Shown here one piece after another: positions 41,097 through 53,900 of a stretch of 64,000 nt of DNA; the first letter of the stretch is position 1, and the number at the start of each line of letters is the position of its first letter. Both the position numbers and the translations under genes were made by a program. The stretch comes from Zygnema circumcarinatum SAG 698-1b. Taxonomy: Eukaryota > Plantae > Zygnematophyceae. The notes beneath the pieces are model-generated. The model was not told the DNA's origin and ran no database searches. It saw only the letters and a program-made list of their open reading frames with translations. The stretch lies in contig CM074804.1 in assembly GCA_037447605.1 (NCBI GenBank), positions 8,595,909-8,659,908 on the forward strand, given 5' to 3'.

Positions 41097-42343
41097 TGCA
41101 TGAGCTACACCATGGAGGAGGTTTTGCACTGCGCTTGTCAGTCTTCCAAAGTCTTCCTTCCTTCCTAGGTCTGCGGCCGCAACTCAGCGCCCCTCTTCCC
41201 GGGGCCACGTCTTCGGTAGCGCTGCTGAGGCAGAGGCGTCTCCCTCCATGCGCGAGCCTCGCTCTCAGAGGCAGAGGAGAGGCCACGCTCTGGCTCTGGC
41301 TCTGGCTCTGGCGCGGAGGGGAGGGAAGGGAGGGGAGGAACGAGACGGACCGCGTTCCGTTCCGGAGAGGGCGCGTGCGCCCGTCCGCCGCTGGGCTCCC
41401 TCCCTCCCTCTCCCTCCCTCCCTCCCTCTCCCTCCCTCCCTCCCTCCCTCCCCCGCCAGTGCTCCCTCTCGTCAGGGCAGCCGCTGCTCTGAGTCCGTTC
41501 CTGCACCGCCGCGCTCTGCCGCTCTGCTGTTCTGCTCCGCCGGCTCCGACTGCTGAGGAGATTTCCTGAACAAGGTGCCTACAGCATTGTTTGCACCTCG
41601 GGTCGACGCCCTCAGCTGAACCATACGACTTCTCTCGCCAAGTGATGCTCACCTAACGCGAGCACGCGTGACTGCGTACTCGAACAAGCAAGCTCGACTA
41701 GTGCCTTTACCAAGAGTGAGTAATGCCAGAAAACGTGTCAGACTTTACTCCGCTGCTCGTGAAATCATCCCTTTGAGCTTCTATTACCCAGGGACAGTAT
41801 ATATAGATGATTAAGTGGAGTAAAGGAACGGCAACAGTGTGGATATCTGCAACAGATTAAGTACAGTGTATAAAGGCGAATACATGTACTAAAAATGGCA
41901 ACGCACTTTAGCCCAATGAGAATGTATCGTAAAATCGCGCTACTCTGTTGATACGTAACAATACTATGTCAGAGATAGCAATGCTACCTCTTCCCTTAGT
42001 TTTATATCCTAACTGTAGGCGTAAGGACCAGTCTTTTCTTTTTTAATCGTGTGTTTCCCCCTCATAAAGGTGCTCGCCGTCCAAACCCAGGATCAACGCC
42101 CTGTGTAAATAAACCCGAACAGACCTTGATAACAAGTGATGTTCTCGAAACAAAAGAGTCAAGTGCTTTCCTGGCTGACTCACTACAGCCACAGACAGAA
42201 CGGACGTTTAATTCTCCAAATGAAAATTCTACTCTCCTTTTTGTATATATTTCCTTTCCATTTATGTCGAACATTTTGTTCTGCCAATTAACACCATTCC
42301 TGCCTGGCAAACTACTTCTCAGCAGCGGAGCATCCAGTGCCGT

Positions 42344-43906
42344 ATGGATCCAGACAGTGGCGAATATGGGCCCTTTCCACGTCCGACAGTAAGAATTCAC
42401 ATCTGTGTCATTAGATGTACTATGAGTGAAGGTTCCGCGTCTGCAGTACCGCAGTCCTGAACGAGTGAGAGTCTCCTGCAACCTGCAACATTCGGTGTGC
42501 CTGCTGACCATTTGTCTGTTCTTCTGTGCAACTTCATCTGATTCCACTCAACTTTCTGTCTTGGGCTGATTCATTTATCTTACTGGTGACTAGCATTCCT
42601 TACGTCATCTAATCTGTTTTCTCTCCAACTCTGCTTAGTGATCTTGGATGCTTTCCTGCCAACTGCGCACTATCTCCAGCGCAGTTCTTGCATTGGCGTG
42701 TTCCACCCACTCTATGAATATGTACTTGGAGAAGTCCGGAATCGAGAGCATGGAACTAAGTGATGGAACATTGACGTACGATTTGAGCAACATTTTTGCA
42801 GTACACACCACGCCTCATTGACCGACTGCGTGGGAGAAAAAACCGGGGAAAACGTCCACCTCCGCCAAGTCCTCCTGAGGAGCCTCCGTCATCTCCTCTA
42901 TTAGATGCTAATCCAACGGTACCAAGGGGGGCCATCCTTCCTTTTTGGGGTGGCTTTTACCCGAGTCTACCTGAAGGACCGAGCTTTCAAGAGAGAGAGA
43001 AGGCAGAGAAGAGAGAGCGCGAGCTGGCGCCAATCAAGGATGTGTTAGAACAAGCGGTGAGGGCCGCCTGTTCCTTCCTCTTTTTTGGCATTAATTCCGA
43101 ATGTTGGAAATCGTACTTCCAATCTCTTCGGAGGGATTCAAGTGAATGATCTGGCTGACAATTTACAGTAAGCTTTTCCATTATTCCTGTTGTTTCGTTT
43201 TTAGCGTTTTCCCATGTTTTGGCGCAGAATAATTTGAAAGGAAGCATCACTCAGATGGAAGGAGAAGAAGCTGAAATCATTCGGAAACTGGCGCAGGAGC
43301 TTCACGATAAGGAATATAGGTTATTTCACCCTATTTCTCAACTCTCTGTCTTTGGAATGCTTTTGTTCCCCTATTTCTGAGCATGCTGTTGAGTTGCATC
43401 TGCATGTCCGCCACTGCTCCAGTGCAATACACTACTGACGTATTTGAAGTCCTTTTGGGACAGGGCTCCCCAGAGACCTACTCCTTGTGGAACAGAGAAG
43501 CAAGCGTGCATCTCCTGTTACACGGCCAATACAAAGGTTTCGTTCCGTTCTTTGCAAGCCCAGTAGTTGTTTCCATTCTACTCTCTAGATCTTAAACCAG
43601 CAGCCATACCGACCGGAGCAGTCCCTCCACCTGTTGCGGAGCACGAGGGGCAGCACCTGATCCGGCCACGAGCCGCGTTCTGTTCTGCGCAGGAGCCACT
43701 CCGGTGCCGCGCGGCTGTCAAGGCCTTCCAAGCGTGTGCGCTGCGCGCGCAGGAGGTGGGGCCGCTCCGCCCTGCCCTGTGCCCCTGCCCTGCCCTGCCC
43801 TGTGCTTGCTTTGCCGCTGCCTGTCCGACTGCCATTCCGATCGATGGCTGAAGCTACTTCGTGTGTTGGTGTGCAGGATTTCGTGAGGGCGACCTTGTCC
43901 CAATGA
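42344..43906 (+). CDS. Small coiled-coil plus C-terminal CHCH-like cysteine protein (plant Mic19/CHCHD3-like, tentative)
   Basis: Exons join in frame through GT-AG: YTPRLIDRL...ELAPIKDVLEQA (from 42802) | NNLKGSITQMEGEEAEIIRKLAQELHDKEYR | APQRPTPCGTEKQACISCYTANTK | EPLRCRAAVKAFQACALRAQE | DFVRATLSQ* (stop 43904-43906). The first exon (42344-42388) is uncertain. Confidence 0.65.
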
Positions 43907-44751
43907 CCCTTTTCCCCCGTTTTGTGAGTGCATTGGAGATGAAGTGACGCTGACATCAGCCAGCGCCAGTGCCGCTCTGCACCACTGCGGCCGCCTGCCA
44001 TTGCAAAGTGGGCGGGCTGCGAGGCACATTTTTGTCTTTGTTGTTGAGCACTTTCATACGCTTTGCAGAAGCGGACCGGGATGCGCACTCAATTTTTTGG
44101 ACTTTAACCTCCATAGGAAACGTTCCAGAGTACTTGAAAAAAAAGAAGAAAGGTGCATCCAATCTAAGCCACATCAGAGAAAGAGCAACAACAAGGTCAA
44201 AAACAGCCGTAAGGTCCTCCGAAAATACCTTAAGGCGTTTCCAAAGCATTCCAAAAACATTTGAAAGATATCCCAAAAACTTAAAAATTCCAACACAAAA
44301 AATCAAAAGAAAATGACAATAAGTACTAAGTATGGACATCCCAACATTTGTTAATAACCAATGCTACAGTTGCTAAATTTTTTGAGGGTTCCTCAAATAC
44401 TGTCCAGTACAAAATCAACGAAACATTTCTCAGGCTCTCGACGTGCAGGCCAAACACAGTCTACAAGCTCCTCATAAAAATAAAAGGGGTACCCAAAGCC
44501 ATATTCTCAGGAGCAAGTCTCTTGTCATTACACTGCGGACGAAGTGCAGTGAGGGAGAAAGCGAAAGGCACAGAGTATCGTAGTACGGAGCGACCTTTCC
44601 TCAAGTGAGGAACCTATACAGAACACGTGGAGCGTCTGCATCTACCGCCAGACAGGACAGACAGGTAGACATTGCTCAAGGCGATATTTTTTTCAAGCCT
44701 CCAATGACATGTGCATCCGTTGGCTACACCCTTGAGACGCCGGATCATGCA

Positions 44752-46600
44752 TCACCATCCGTACTTGGCCTGAGTCTCTGCTTTTGTCAGCTGGCCCTTC
44801 GATCGGCGCTCCGTCAGATCCATCTCCTTCAGCTTCATATCATAATACAGCGAGCTGATCTGGTGCTTGCGTCGATGAACTTTGCTCGGTTTGTCTTTGC
44901 CGGCAGATACTGGCTGCAACAAAAGCAAACGGTGGAAGCGAGAAATACAGAGAAAACTGATTCAATTTCTATCATTGTGAAATTCGACAATATATTTCAG
45001 GGAATATGTAGAATCAAAAGGTGAACAACGATCTGCAAGCATCACAATACCATTCCATTTCCTGCCACCAGGAATAACCAAGCTATTGGACCAGAGATTG
45101 CTTACACAACCAAATGAGATAATCCGTGGGATAAAGACCATACATGCACTTGAGGACAAAGCCTCCTATAGGCATGAATGCTCTGGGAGTAAAAAAATCA
45201 AGCAGCATCCAGGGAGCAAAGTCACATTTCACCAATATTGCATGGGCCTTGAAAGAGGGCCCGGCCTTAAGTTATAGAAGGACGATTAATTTAGGTGGGC
45301 AGTTACGCACTTGATAGGAAGGTCCAAATGCAATTCCAGTTGACCGCAGCTGGTCGTCCCTGACTCGTCCTTTGGTCAAATCTTGCTGTTTCACCTCCTT
45401 GAACTGCAAACCATCGATTAGTATTGATTTATCTCTCCTCTTCACCGAAGCCATTGCTTCAATGAGAGGGTCATGCGGGGCATCCGTATTGAAGGAGCTA
45501 CCTGTAGCACCTGCTGCCTCGCTTCCATGATTCCCAGAGGAGCAGGCATAAGAATGATGCTGAGCCTCTGATGAAAAATTAACGCCCGGAAGAGCTGCCG
45601 CACTCCAATTTTGAACCGTACCCCCTGTACTACTGCTGTAAGCCCCATCACTTCCTCCATAAAAAAAACTGTTTGAATCCCAACCTTGCGCTACAGAATC
45701 ACCATGCAATCCTTGATAAGTGCTTTGGTGAGCTTGCGATTGCACAGCCATCCTTCCTCCTTCTGCATAAACATATCCACCAGCCTCAATTGTTGGATTG
45801 TTCCAGTAGCTTCCTTGTGGATTCCCCCCTCCGCTTGCAGCCCCAGTGTCGGTCCACGTAGGTACTTCTGTGGCAAATGATTTAGGAGGTTCGCTACTAG
45901 TTGACACTCCGTTCCCCATACTCCTGTCTTCTGATGAGTTAGTGTCCATCATCGTTCTTCGCCCGCCTCCCGAAGTGCCTGAGCCCAAGGTGTGTTTCGG
46001 AGGAGGCAAAAATGCTGCCAGCCCTGATTTGCCCTCCTTCTCGCTAGCACCAGTGTCATGTCTTTTTGAATTTCTCACTTTATTCTCTTCTTCTTCTTCT
46101 TCTTCCAGCTCCCTTTTAGACTGCAACACTGGCTTAACAACTACATGATTTTCTTCCCTATTTCCTCGAAGCACGGACCGTTCCCGAAATTCTTCTTGAT
46201 CTCGGACCTTTTTTGTGGCAGCGGCACCCGGCTTTGACGCTCCTTTTGGTGCTGGCAATGTAGAAAACAGTGAGGACGCACCTTGGCTAATGGTTGAAGA
46301 GGGAGGTTTCTTAGTTCCTCGTACACTTGTGACAGGCTCCACTGAGAAGCTACGCTCAATTCTTCCCTCTAACTCAAGCTTCCCGGATGCACCCTGGCTC
46401 CTCGGGACCGGAAGCTTCTCAGTTTTCAGAGCAGCTCCAATCGAAGCCGAAGCCGCACCATTCCCCGGCAGCTTCGCTCCGGGATGCAGGGAGGACACAG
46501 CAGCAGAAGCGCCTTCCTCCTCCCTCTCGCCCACAGGTGCCCCATCGTCGCTGCTGCTGCTCCCATCGTCGGGGCCATAAGTTGCAAGCAGCGCATCCAT
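44752..46600 (-). CDS. PRCC: Proline-rich protein PRCC family (spliceosome-associated), 2 exons
   Basis: MDALLATYG... long exon ending FKEVKQQDLTKGRVRDDQLRSTGIAFGPSYQ, spliced to PVSAGKDKPSKVHRRKHQISSLYYDMKLKEMDLTERRSKGQLTKAETQAKYGW*, the PRCC C-terminal signature. Confidence 0.92.
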
Positions 46601-46921
46601 GGCTATGGAGGCGAAGCCTGACACTTCACGCAACCGAGGAACCGCCAAAATGAAGAAAGTGAGAACGGGAAAGCAGCGGAGGAAAGCGCTCGCCCGCCCT
46701 CTGCACCGCGGCGGGCGGCCCCTCGCTCCCTCCCTCGCTCCCTCCCTCGCTCCCTCCCTCCTCTCCGTCGACCGACGGCGAGGACGAGGACGAGGGAGGG
46801 AGGCGCGGACAGTCGCAAAGCCAAGCCAAGTCGCCTTGCGCAGAGTATTAGAGAGTAGGGTTTCTTCTCTTTTGGACGGTGGAGGACGTCTTCCGCTTTT
46901 GTCTGGATCACGGCTCTATCC

Positions 46922-49900
46922 ATGGCGTCTTCCCCCCTTCTCCAGTCTCTGACTGACGTCTCCCCCGCCATGGTCGACTTTCTTGATAGACATTTTGCTT
47001 CTGCTGAAGACCTGTCATCTTCTTCTTCCATATTGGGACACTTAGAAGCTGAGCGGCAAGGGATGCTCGAGCAACAGGCGGTGCTTCGCTCGTCTTTAGC
47101 AGGCTTGGCATCCATGGCTGCCAGCCGAGTAAATGCAGAGGCGGAGTCTCTTCAGCGGCTGGCGCAGCACGTGCATGCGGCTCAGTGCCGGGCGGACGCC
47201 GCAGGGGCAGAGATGACGGCTACGGTGGAGGAGCTCGCAGAGCTGGCGGAGGAGGTGACCCGAATTGAGAGGACGAGGGCTTACATGGAGGCGCTCCTAG
47301 TGCTTGAAAGTCAGGTAGCAGATTTGGAGGATGCTGTCGCTGCAGCTACAAAGGTAGCACTTGCTCCTTTCACCATTCACTCAATGCTGTTTGCGAGCGA
47401 GTCCTATACGGATGACTTATGTAGAGGAAGGCATTTCGTCGATGTTACTTTGAGTGGAAAGTGCTTTTTTGCTGATGGAATGGAAGAAGGGGTTACAGTG
47501 TGAAGGAGTTCTTCATTTCGTTTCTATGCAACCTCACCAGTGGTTGAATGATGTGGAAGATGTTTCCATTCATCTTTACATCACTCAGTTCGCATTCAGG
47601 CACAAATGGCTGCCAGGGTAAACGTAAAAGAAACAGAAATGTAAACGTTCTCACAGTGTTCTGAGGAAGGCAGCATCACATGCCATCACATGTAGGGGGC
47701 TTGCGGCTCCTATTATGGTAGTCTTTTTAAATGATTATGGATGCACTAAGAACTCATGGACTTCCATTTCTGCTCTCACAGTGCCAGCTGGATCACGTAT
47801 TTTCCTATGATGCATTGCCTCTCTTGCTTCAGTTGTAAATTCACTTGCATTTGGAGTGCTTCCTTTGGTCCATGGAATTTCCCAAGTGTGGGATTCTTTC
47901 TGCTATTTCTAACAGGCTCTTTGCTCCGCTGTTCAGAGAGAAGGGATTTCACCGGGAGCCCTCATCGCAGCTGCCACTGCCTTTCAAACCGTCGCAAACA
48001 CCTTGGCTGCTATGGCTGACACTCGATCGCACTGGAAACATATGAGGGAAGCAGCTGACATTCGCCTTGACCGTGCTGCTGCTGTTCTGCATCCTCTTGC
48101 ACTGGGTGCTTATAGAACTTGTCTAAGAGATATAGGATGGCCACTTCCACTCTCAAGTGCAAGTGGACCTTCCCAGAGCTCGCCATATAGCAAACATGAA
48201 GAGCAAAGTAAAAATGATCCTATTCTCAGGCTTCATGGGGAAACGAAAGGTCGCTTCGAGAATCTTTTTGCCTCCTTATCAATCGTGCAAGTGGTAGAAA
48301 AACTGCGGCGAAATCGACAGGAACTCGTCCACCGACGCGTAAGGGCTCCAGAACAAGCGAACTGGCAGAGGCAAAGTCAAAGTAGATGGAATAGCGAAAG
48401 GTTGTCAGAGTCGGAGGTGCTCTGGTCTATGGAAGAGCTTGTTGCCCCTATCGCTCGGCGTGCAGAGCCGCATTTGGTCAGGTGGCTGGAAAGACCTGAA
48501 TTGGTCTTTGCTCTTGTATTTCGCGTGGCTCGCAGTCATGTGGAGATAATGGATGTTGCATTGCAGCCAGTTCTGGACAGTGCCAGCCTTGTGGGTATCA
48601 GCGCACGTGAAGAATGGGTCAAGGCCGTGGTTGCCATTGCGACTGCACACCTAAAGGACAGGCTTCTGCCGTGGCTTGCTCAGCAGACGAAGGGAGAGCA
48701 ATCTCAAGATCTGAATTCTTCTCTTTTGTTGGACGCCGTTGACCAAGCACTAGATTTCGACGTGCAAATGCGGAGCCTGGCTATGGGGACTCCTGTGGCT
48801 TCGAGTCGAGCGCTTGAGGGGCCGTTGCCAGACACTGTTGGTGTAAATATAGGTTCCGCGTTAGATGTTTTTGCTCTTCAATCAGTTTGGCTGGAGTTGT
48901 GGACTCGCTTAGAGCTAGAAGATGCTCAGCAGAAGCTTCGGGAGGAGTTGCAACGAGAAAGTGCATGGACACAAGTCGATTCGACGGCTGCAACTCTAGA
49001 ATTTTTGGAAGGAGGGCGAGAAATGAGTGCTGCTATTGACTCTGGTGGTGCCATGGAAACTGAGCTACGACCGATGCCAGGAGCGGAAGCGTTATTTAGA
49101 ATAATGTGGGCAGCAGTATATAGATGTCGGGCACTGCGGATTAGTAAACATCGACTGGCGTTCGTTAGAGCAGTTGTCGCTCCTTTAGCTACGCAGTACA
49201 GAGAGGCTCTTCTCAATCGTGTTCAAGAAGTGGAAGCTTCGACAGCCTTAGCAGATACGACTGCCATGATGAAGGTAGCAGCGTGCGCCAGCTCTGCACA
49301 TTACTGTCAATTTACATTGCAGCAATGGAGTGATGAGGCCTTCTTTATAGAATTGAAGAGGGTTGCAGAAGAAACCGACTCTACAGCCAATGGCTGGGAG
49401 GAGCTGCAAGTTGATCCTGACGAGGGTATTGGAGGGGATTTTAGTGATGCAAACACGCAGAGAACACCTTTCTCTAGCAAAGGAAGCGGTGTTGACTCGT
49501 CTGGGAGTAGCTTGACCGGTGCTGGAATAGAAGGGTCGGTCTTTGATGCGGAAATTGATGGGTTTGTGAGGTCCCAGACAGAGTGGACAGGAAGGATTCT
49601 CACAGCTCTTTTGCGTGGTTTTGATTCGAGGTGCACCGAGTATGTCAGGAATAGGAAAAAGTGGCAGGAGGGTACAGTTCAAGACGATAGTAGTCGATCG
49701 AGTTCCAGTGACGCGGTGCGCAGCCCCGCGAAGGATGTCAGGAGGAAGGAAAGCGAAGGATGGGCGCGTCAGCTACTAGGTGGACTTCAGCTCAGGCCGA
49801 TTTTTTTTTATGAAGTTGAAGGGCAAGATGTCTCTGGGAGCTTCATAGAGCCCTTGTCTGTACTGCGGTCGCAATTGGATGTCCTTCAGAGGGCCCTAGA

Positions 49901-50306
49901 CTCGGATCTCTTTGCTGGACTCTGGCGGAGGTTGGCAGCAGCCCTTGATGAGAACCTCATGGAAAGTGTGGTCTTAGGGGGAGCAAAGTTTTCAGACGCG
50001 GGAGCGAGGCAGTTTGCTGTGGACATGTCGGCAGTGTTCTCCTTGTTCCGCGGCTACACCGCCCGGCCCATCAACTTTTTCCGAAGCCTGCGCGACTCGC
50101 TGGCGGTGCTGCTCATGGCACCCTCCGAGGCATCGGCGCTGCTGCTCATGCTCTCCATGGCCGGGACGGAGGCGGGCACTGGAGAGGGAGGGTCAGAGGC
50201 AGACAGCAAGCTGCTTCCTTTGTTGCAAAAGCGGAACATTCGCCGCATGGCGCCTGGAAGAGTGTTGGAAGTTTTGAACCAGCGTGTCGGAATAAAGCGG
50301 CCGTGA
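46922..50306 (+). CDS. RINT1: RINT1/TIP20 family ER tethering factor (MAG2-like)
   Basis: N-terminal coiled-coil exon, then a long exon with WSMEELVAPIARRAEPHLVRWLERPELVFALV, LLLDAVDQALDFD, SSAHYCQFTLQQWSDEAFFIEL and FSDAGARQFAVDMSAVFSLF...FFRSLRDSLAVL. Confidence 0.9.
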
Positions 50307-50908
50307 TTGACTCGGCTTGGTTGGACTGTTGCAGCAAGCTTGCCCTGTGGCCACGCTCTGCTTTGCTGTTTGCTGGAGAGTGGGCCGTCGTCTTACTGTG
50401 ATATAAAACGGATGTGTGGTCCGTTCCGTTGACCCGTAGCAAACACGAACGCGGCACTGAGAACATCAGTAGGAAAACGATCTTGGGGCAATCAGCTTCC
50501 TTCACCGTGACACTTTGCCCATGCAGAGGGCCGCGCATGCCTGCTCATTTGCCTGGTCTTCAAAGCCTACCCAGTTTCCATAGATGCACATGGCAGGGGA
50601 GGTGCGCACCACACAGGCGCTAAGGCCTGCCGACCATAGCGCGCATGATGCCGACATCCGCATGAGCCAAGGGCGCGTGCCATGCATGCCCCAGTGGGCG
50701 CATTAGCAGGCGACAACCATCATCAGACGGCTATCATCGATCCCAAGGAATAGTTTTAAGCACATCACACGAACAACTCGATCCAAAAGGTGCTCACTTA
50801 CGGTTCGATTATTATGACACACATGTTGAGCATCTAGCATAGTCCAAATAAGCAAAGGTCTGCCAATGAATAAAAAAGAATGAGCCCTCATGGCCGCTCA
50901 CTGGAACA

Positions 50909-53900
50909 TTACCGGCTACTCTCCTCCAACACGAGCGGCAGCTCCAATTCTTGATCCCCCCGCAACACCTTGATGCTGACGCTTTCACCCACGTTGAGAG
51001 TGTCTAGTATCTTACTCAAGTCTTGCGATGTTTGTACCTGCAGAGAAAAGGCTCAAAGTCGCTCAGAATTCAAAAGGACTGAATCTCGGATGTAAGTCGA
51101 AACAATGGAAACCTGGCTGAAAATACGCCAGACAAATCAATTCAGTGCTGCATTTTTTGTCTGCTTATGTTGGCGACAGAAGCCAACATCAGAGCACATT
51201 CCCGAGGCTCCCCCCCTTCACGCACCGGCCGGTTGCCGACGGCGATGATGACATCACCGAGGGCAATGTTGCCTGCAAAGCCACGCCTTGTTGCCATGAT
51301 TCCCGCTTTTGCTGCAGCACTGCCAGGTGGCACCTGTACGAAACTCACAAAAACTGTCAGCAAACACCTGTTTTCCAACGCTGAACATAGAAACGCATAA
51401 GTAAGCACATGGCCTTAATTCACATCCCTGACGATCTTATCCTGTTCACTGTGGGACATAGCCACACAACCAGGGATTCTTCAGAAAAGAACCTTGTTGG
51501 AAGACACAATCGTCATCTGATCAGGCAAGGAAGCTACGAATTCTGTTGATACAGTAGGAAGCAGAAGCAAACCCAAGTTCACAGGAGAGGAGCTTACAGA
51601 AAGGACAAGCGCTCCCTCTTTGACATTAAGCTGCTTGGCAATGTTGTCTGCTGCCAGCTGCACATTCAAACCGGGCCGAATCACCTGCATGCGAACCGAC
51701 GCCTCAATCTCATCATTTCCCACCACGCCCAAAAGCGGCCTTCCATCGATGCTAATATCAACCAATGGTCACTCGGTGGCAGTATCATACGATTCAGGCT
51801 TTAATTATTCCTGCTAACATTGCAAATTTCATATTTCAACAGCCGAATAATATTATGTGTTCGGGCAATTCAACTCAAGTCAAGTTGAAACAACTTTAAG
51901 TCTTTCAGTGGCATGGGAAATAGCTTCAGAGTGCCGGCCTCTGTGTATGACATGACAGCAAGACAGGCATAATGGCATTGGCATAGGAAAGTTCCGTCAA
52001 TGGAGTGTGAACGTTCACTGCCCACCTTGCCATGGGCGATGAGCTGCGGGACCACACGTGCGACCGTGTCCACGGGGATGGCAAAGCCCACGCCGGCCGA
52101 CGTGCCTGCCCTCGCGCCAAAACCGGAACTTTTCAAAGCATGAGCCCACCTGCTGAAATCGCAGAAGAATATGGATTGGAAGAAGCACGTACATAAGTTG
52201 GGAGAGTCTGGACCCCCCAACCTGTGCGCGTGAAGATGGCCGTGTTGATGCCGATGAGCCTCCCGCGGGAGTCAAGCAGCGGGCCCCCACTGCCAACCAT
52301 GGAAAGGGCAAGAGTTGGAAACTGCATCCTTATATGCCACTTTGAGAGGACAATGACGAGCGTAGCGTTGTAATGCTGCATTTTCATGGTCCAACTTCAA
52401 CTTTGCTGACGTGGTTCAGCTTTGCTGATGTCAACTCGCATATGCGGACGGTTGAAGTTCAGTAGTTGAAACTAGTTGAAAAACGTCGTTTCGAAAATTG
52501 AAAAACTCTCAGAGTCAGTTTCCAACTCCGGAGCTTCAACCAGCTGAAAAAAGTTGAACCATGAAAACGCACCCTATGCTGGAGTAGCAAGTTACTCTTT
52601 ATGTTGACAAGTCCGAAACAACAAGCCTTGGCCATGCTCATATCAAATGGTGTGCTTTTTCACTTAAACAAAAAGCACAACACACACACACACCTGCTCT
52701 CTTGTCATTGGATTAGAGATCTACTGAGACCCACCTACAACCTTGCAGTCCAGGGTTTTTAGGGATTTACAGTGAAAGGCATCACGCGCAAGAAGCTGCC
52801 CTGATTGAATGGAGGCCACATATATTAACTGATAGCCCTTGCTTGATTCAATTGTTGTCCGTACAGTACAGCGGCATCAAGCTATTGCCATTTCTGACAT
52901 ACATGGCTCACGCATGATTTCAAACATCTTTGACAAAGAGAGCATAGGGAGGGCCCCCCACAAGCGCTCGGGAGAGCGAACGAGTATGACCTGTTTCCCG
53001 GGTTGATGGCGGAGTCCGTCTGCACGCCCCCCCCTATGACGACCCCGGTCTGACTCTGAATGTCGCGGTTGAGGCCGCTGACGACCCCGGTCGTGAGGGT
53101 GTGGTCGAACCCGAAGGGGTTCCCGATCGCGAGCACTTTCTGGCCCACGCGCAGGCCCGCGCTCGCCCCCAACGGCACCGCCCGCAGCAAATAGCGCGGG
53201 GCCTCCACCTGCCGCCCCGCCCACCCCCCCCGTCAGCACTGCACTGCACTGCACTGTATTGCTGCAGCCACCGCTTGCTTGCCTTTATGCTTCCTGGTGA
53301 TGAAGGGGTCAGATGCTAGTGATGCAGATGGGTAGGGCTAAGAACTTTACTTTCAAAACTGCTAAATCGTTAAATTTATCCGTTCCAACCAGCGTTCCTT
53401 CAAAATTTCGCTGGTATCTGTATATCATTTACGCAGCAGGTTAGCTCCATGTAAAAGCGCATAAAGAGACGCGGCCAACAGTTGCACAGCCTCATGAAGG
53501 CCATGTGGAGGAATGCACCCGTCGGTCCCGAGCAGCGCGACCCGCGCGACCACTCTCCCGGGCTTCGCGCTCTGCTGCAGCGCGCTGCCGATCACTGCAC
53601 CCGCCGCATCGCAATCGATTGCAGGAGGGTGCACGTTTGTAAAGAAAGAGAAGTGCACAGCGTGGCGACCAGAGCGAGCGACGTTCAAGGGGGCTTAGAT
53701 GTCCGCACATTGTTGGTACACGTTTACACTATTCCACAACCAGTAAATGGCTTATCAACACAAAACCAAATTAGAGTAGCATTTTCATTGAACCAGCAAA
53801 AAAAAAGTGGCAATGGTCCAGCGGCAATGGTGTCGCCAAACAGTGTGGATTGATGGTACAATACAAATGTACGAGTTTGCTCTGTGAGCAATACAACCAC

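Noticed and set aside
42062-42547. 161-aa minus-strand ORF
   Set aside because: Non-ATG start, no recognisable domain, multiple upstream stops, and it lies antisense to the CHCH-like gene region.
52751-52765. Single telomere-like 9-mer in a Deg8 intron
   Set aside because: Only about 1.5 units; compatible with chance or an isolated telo-box.
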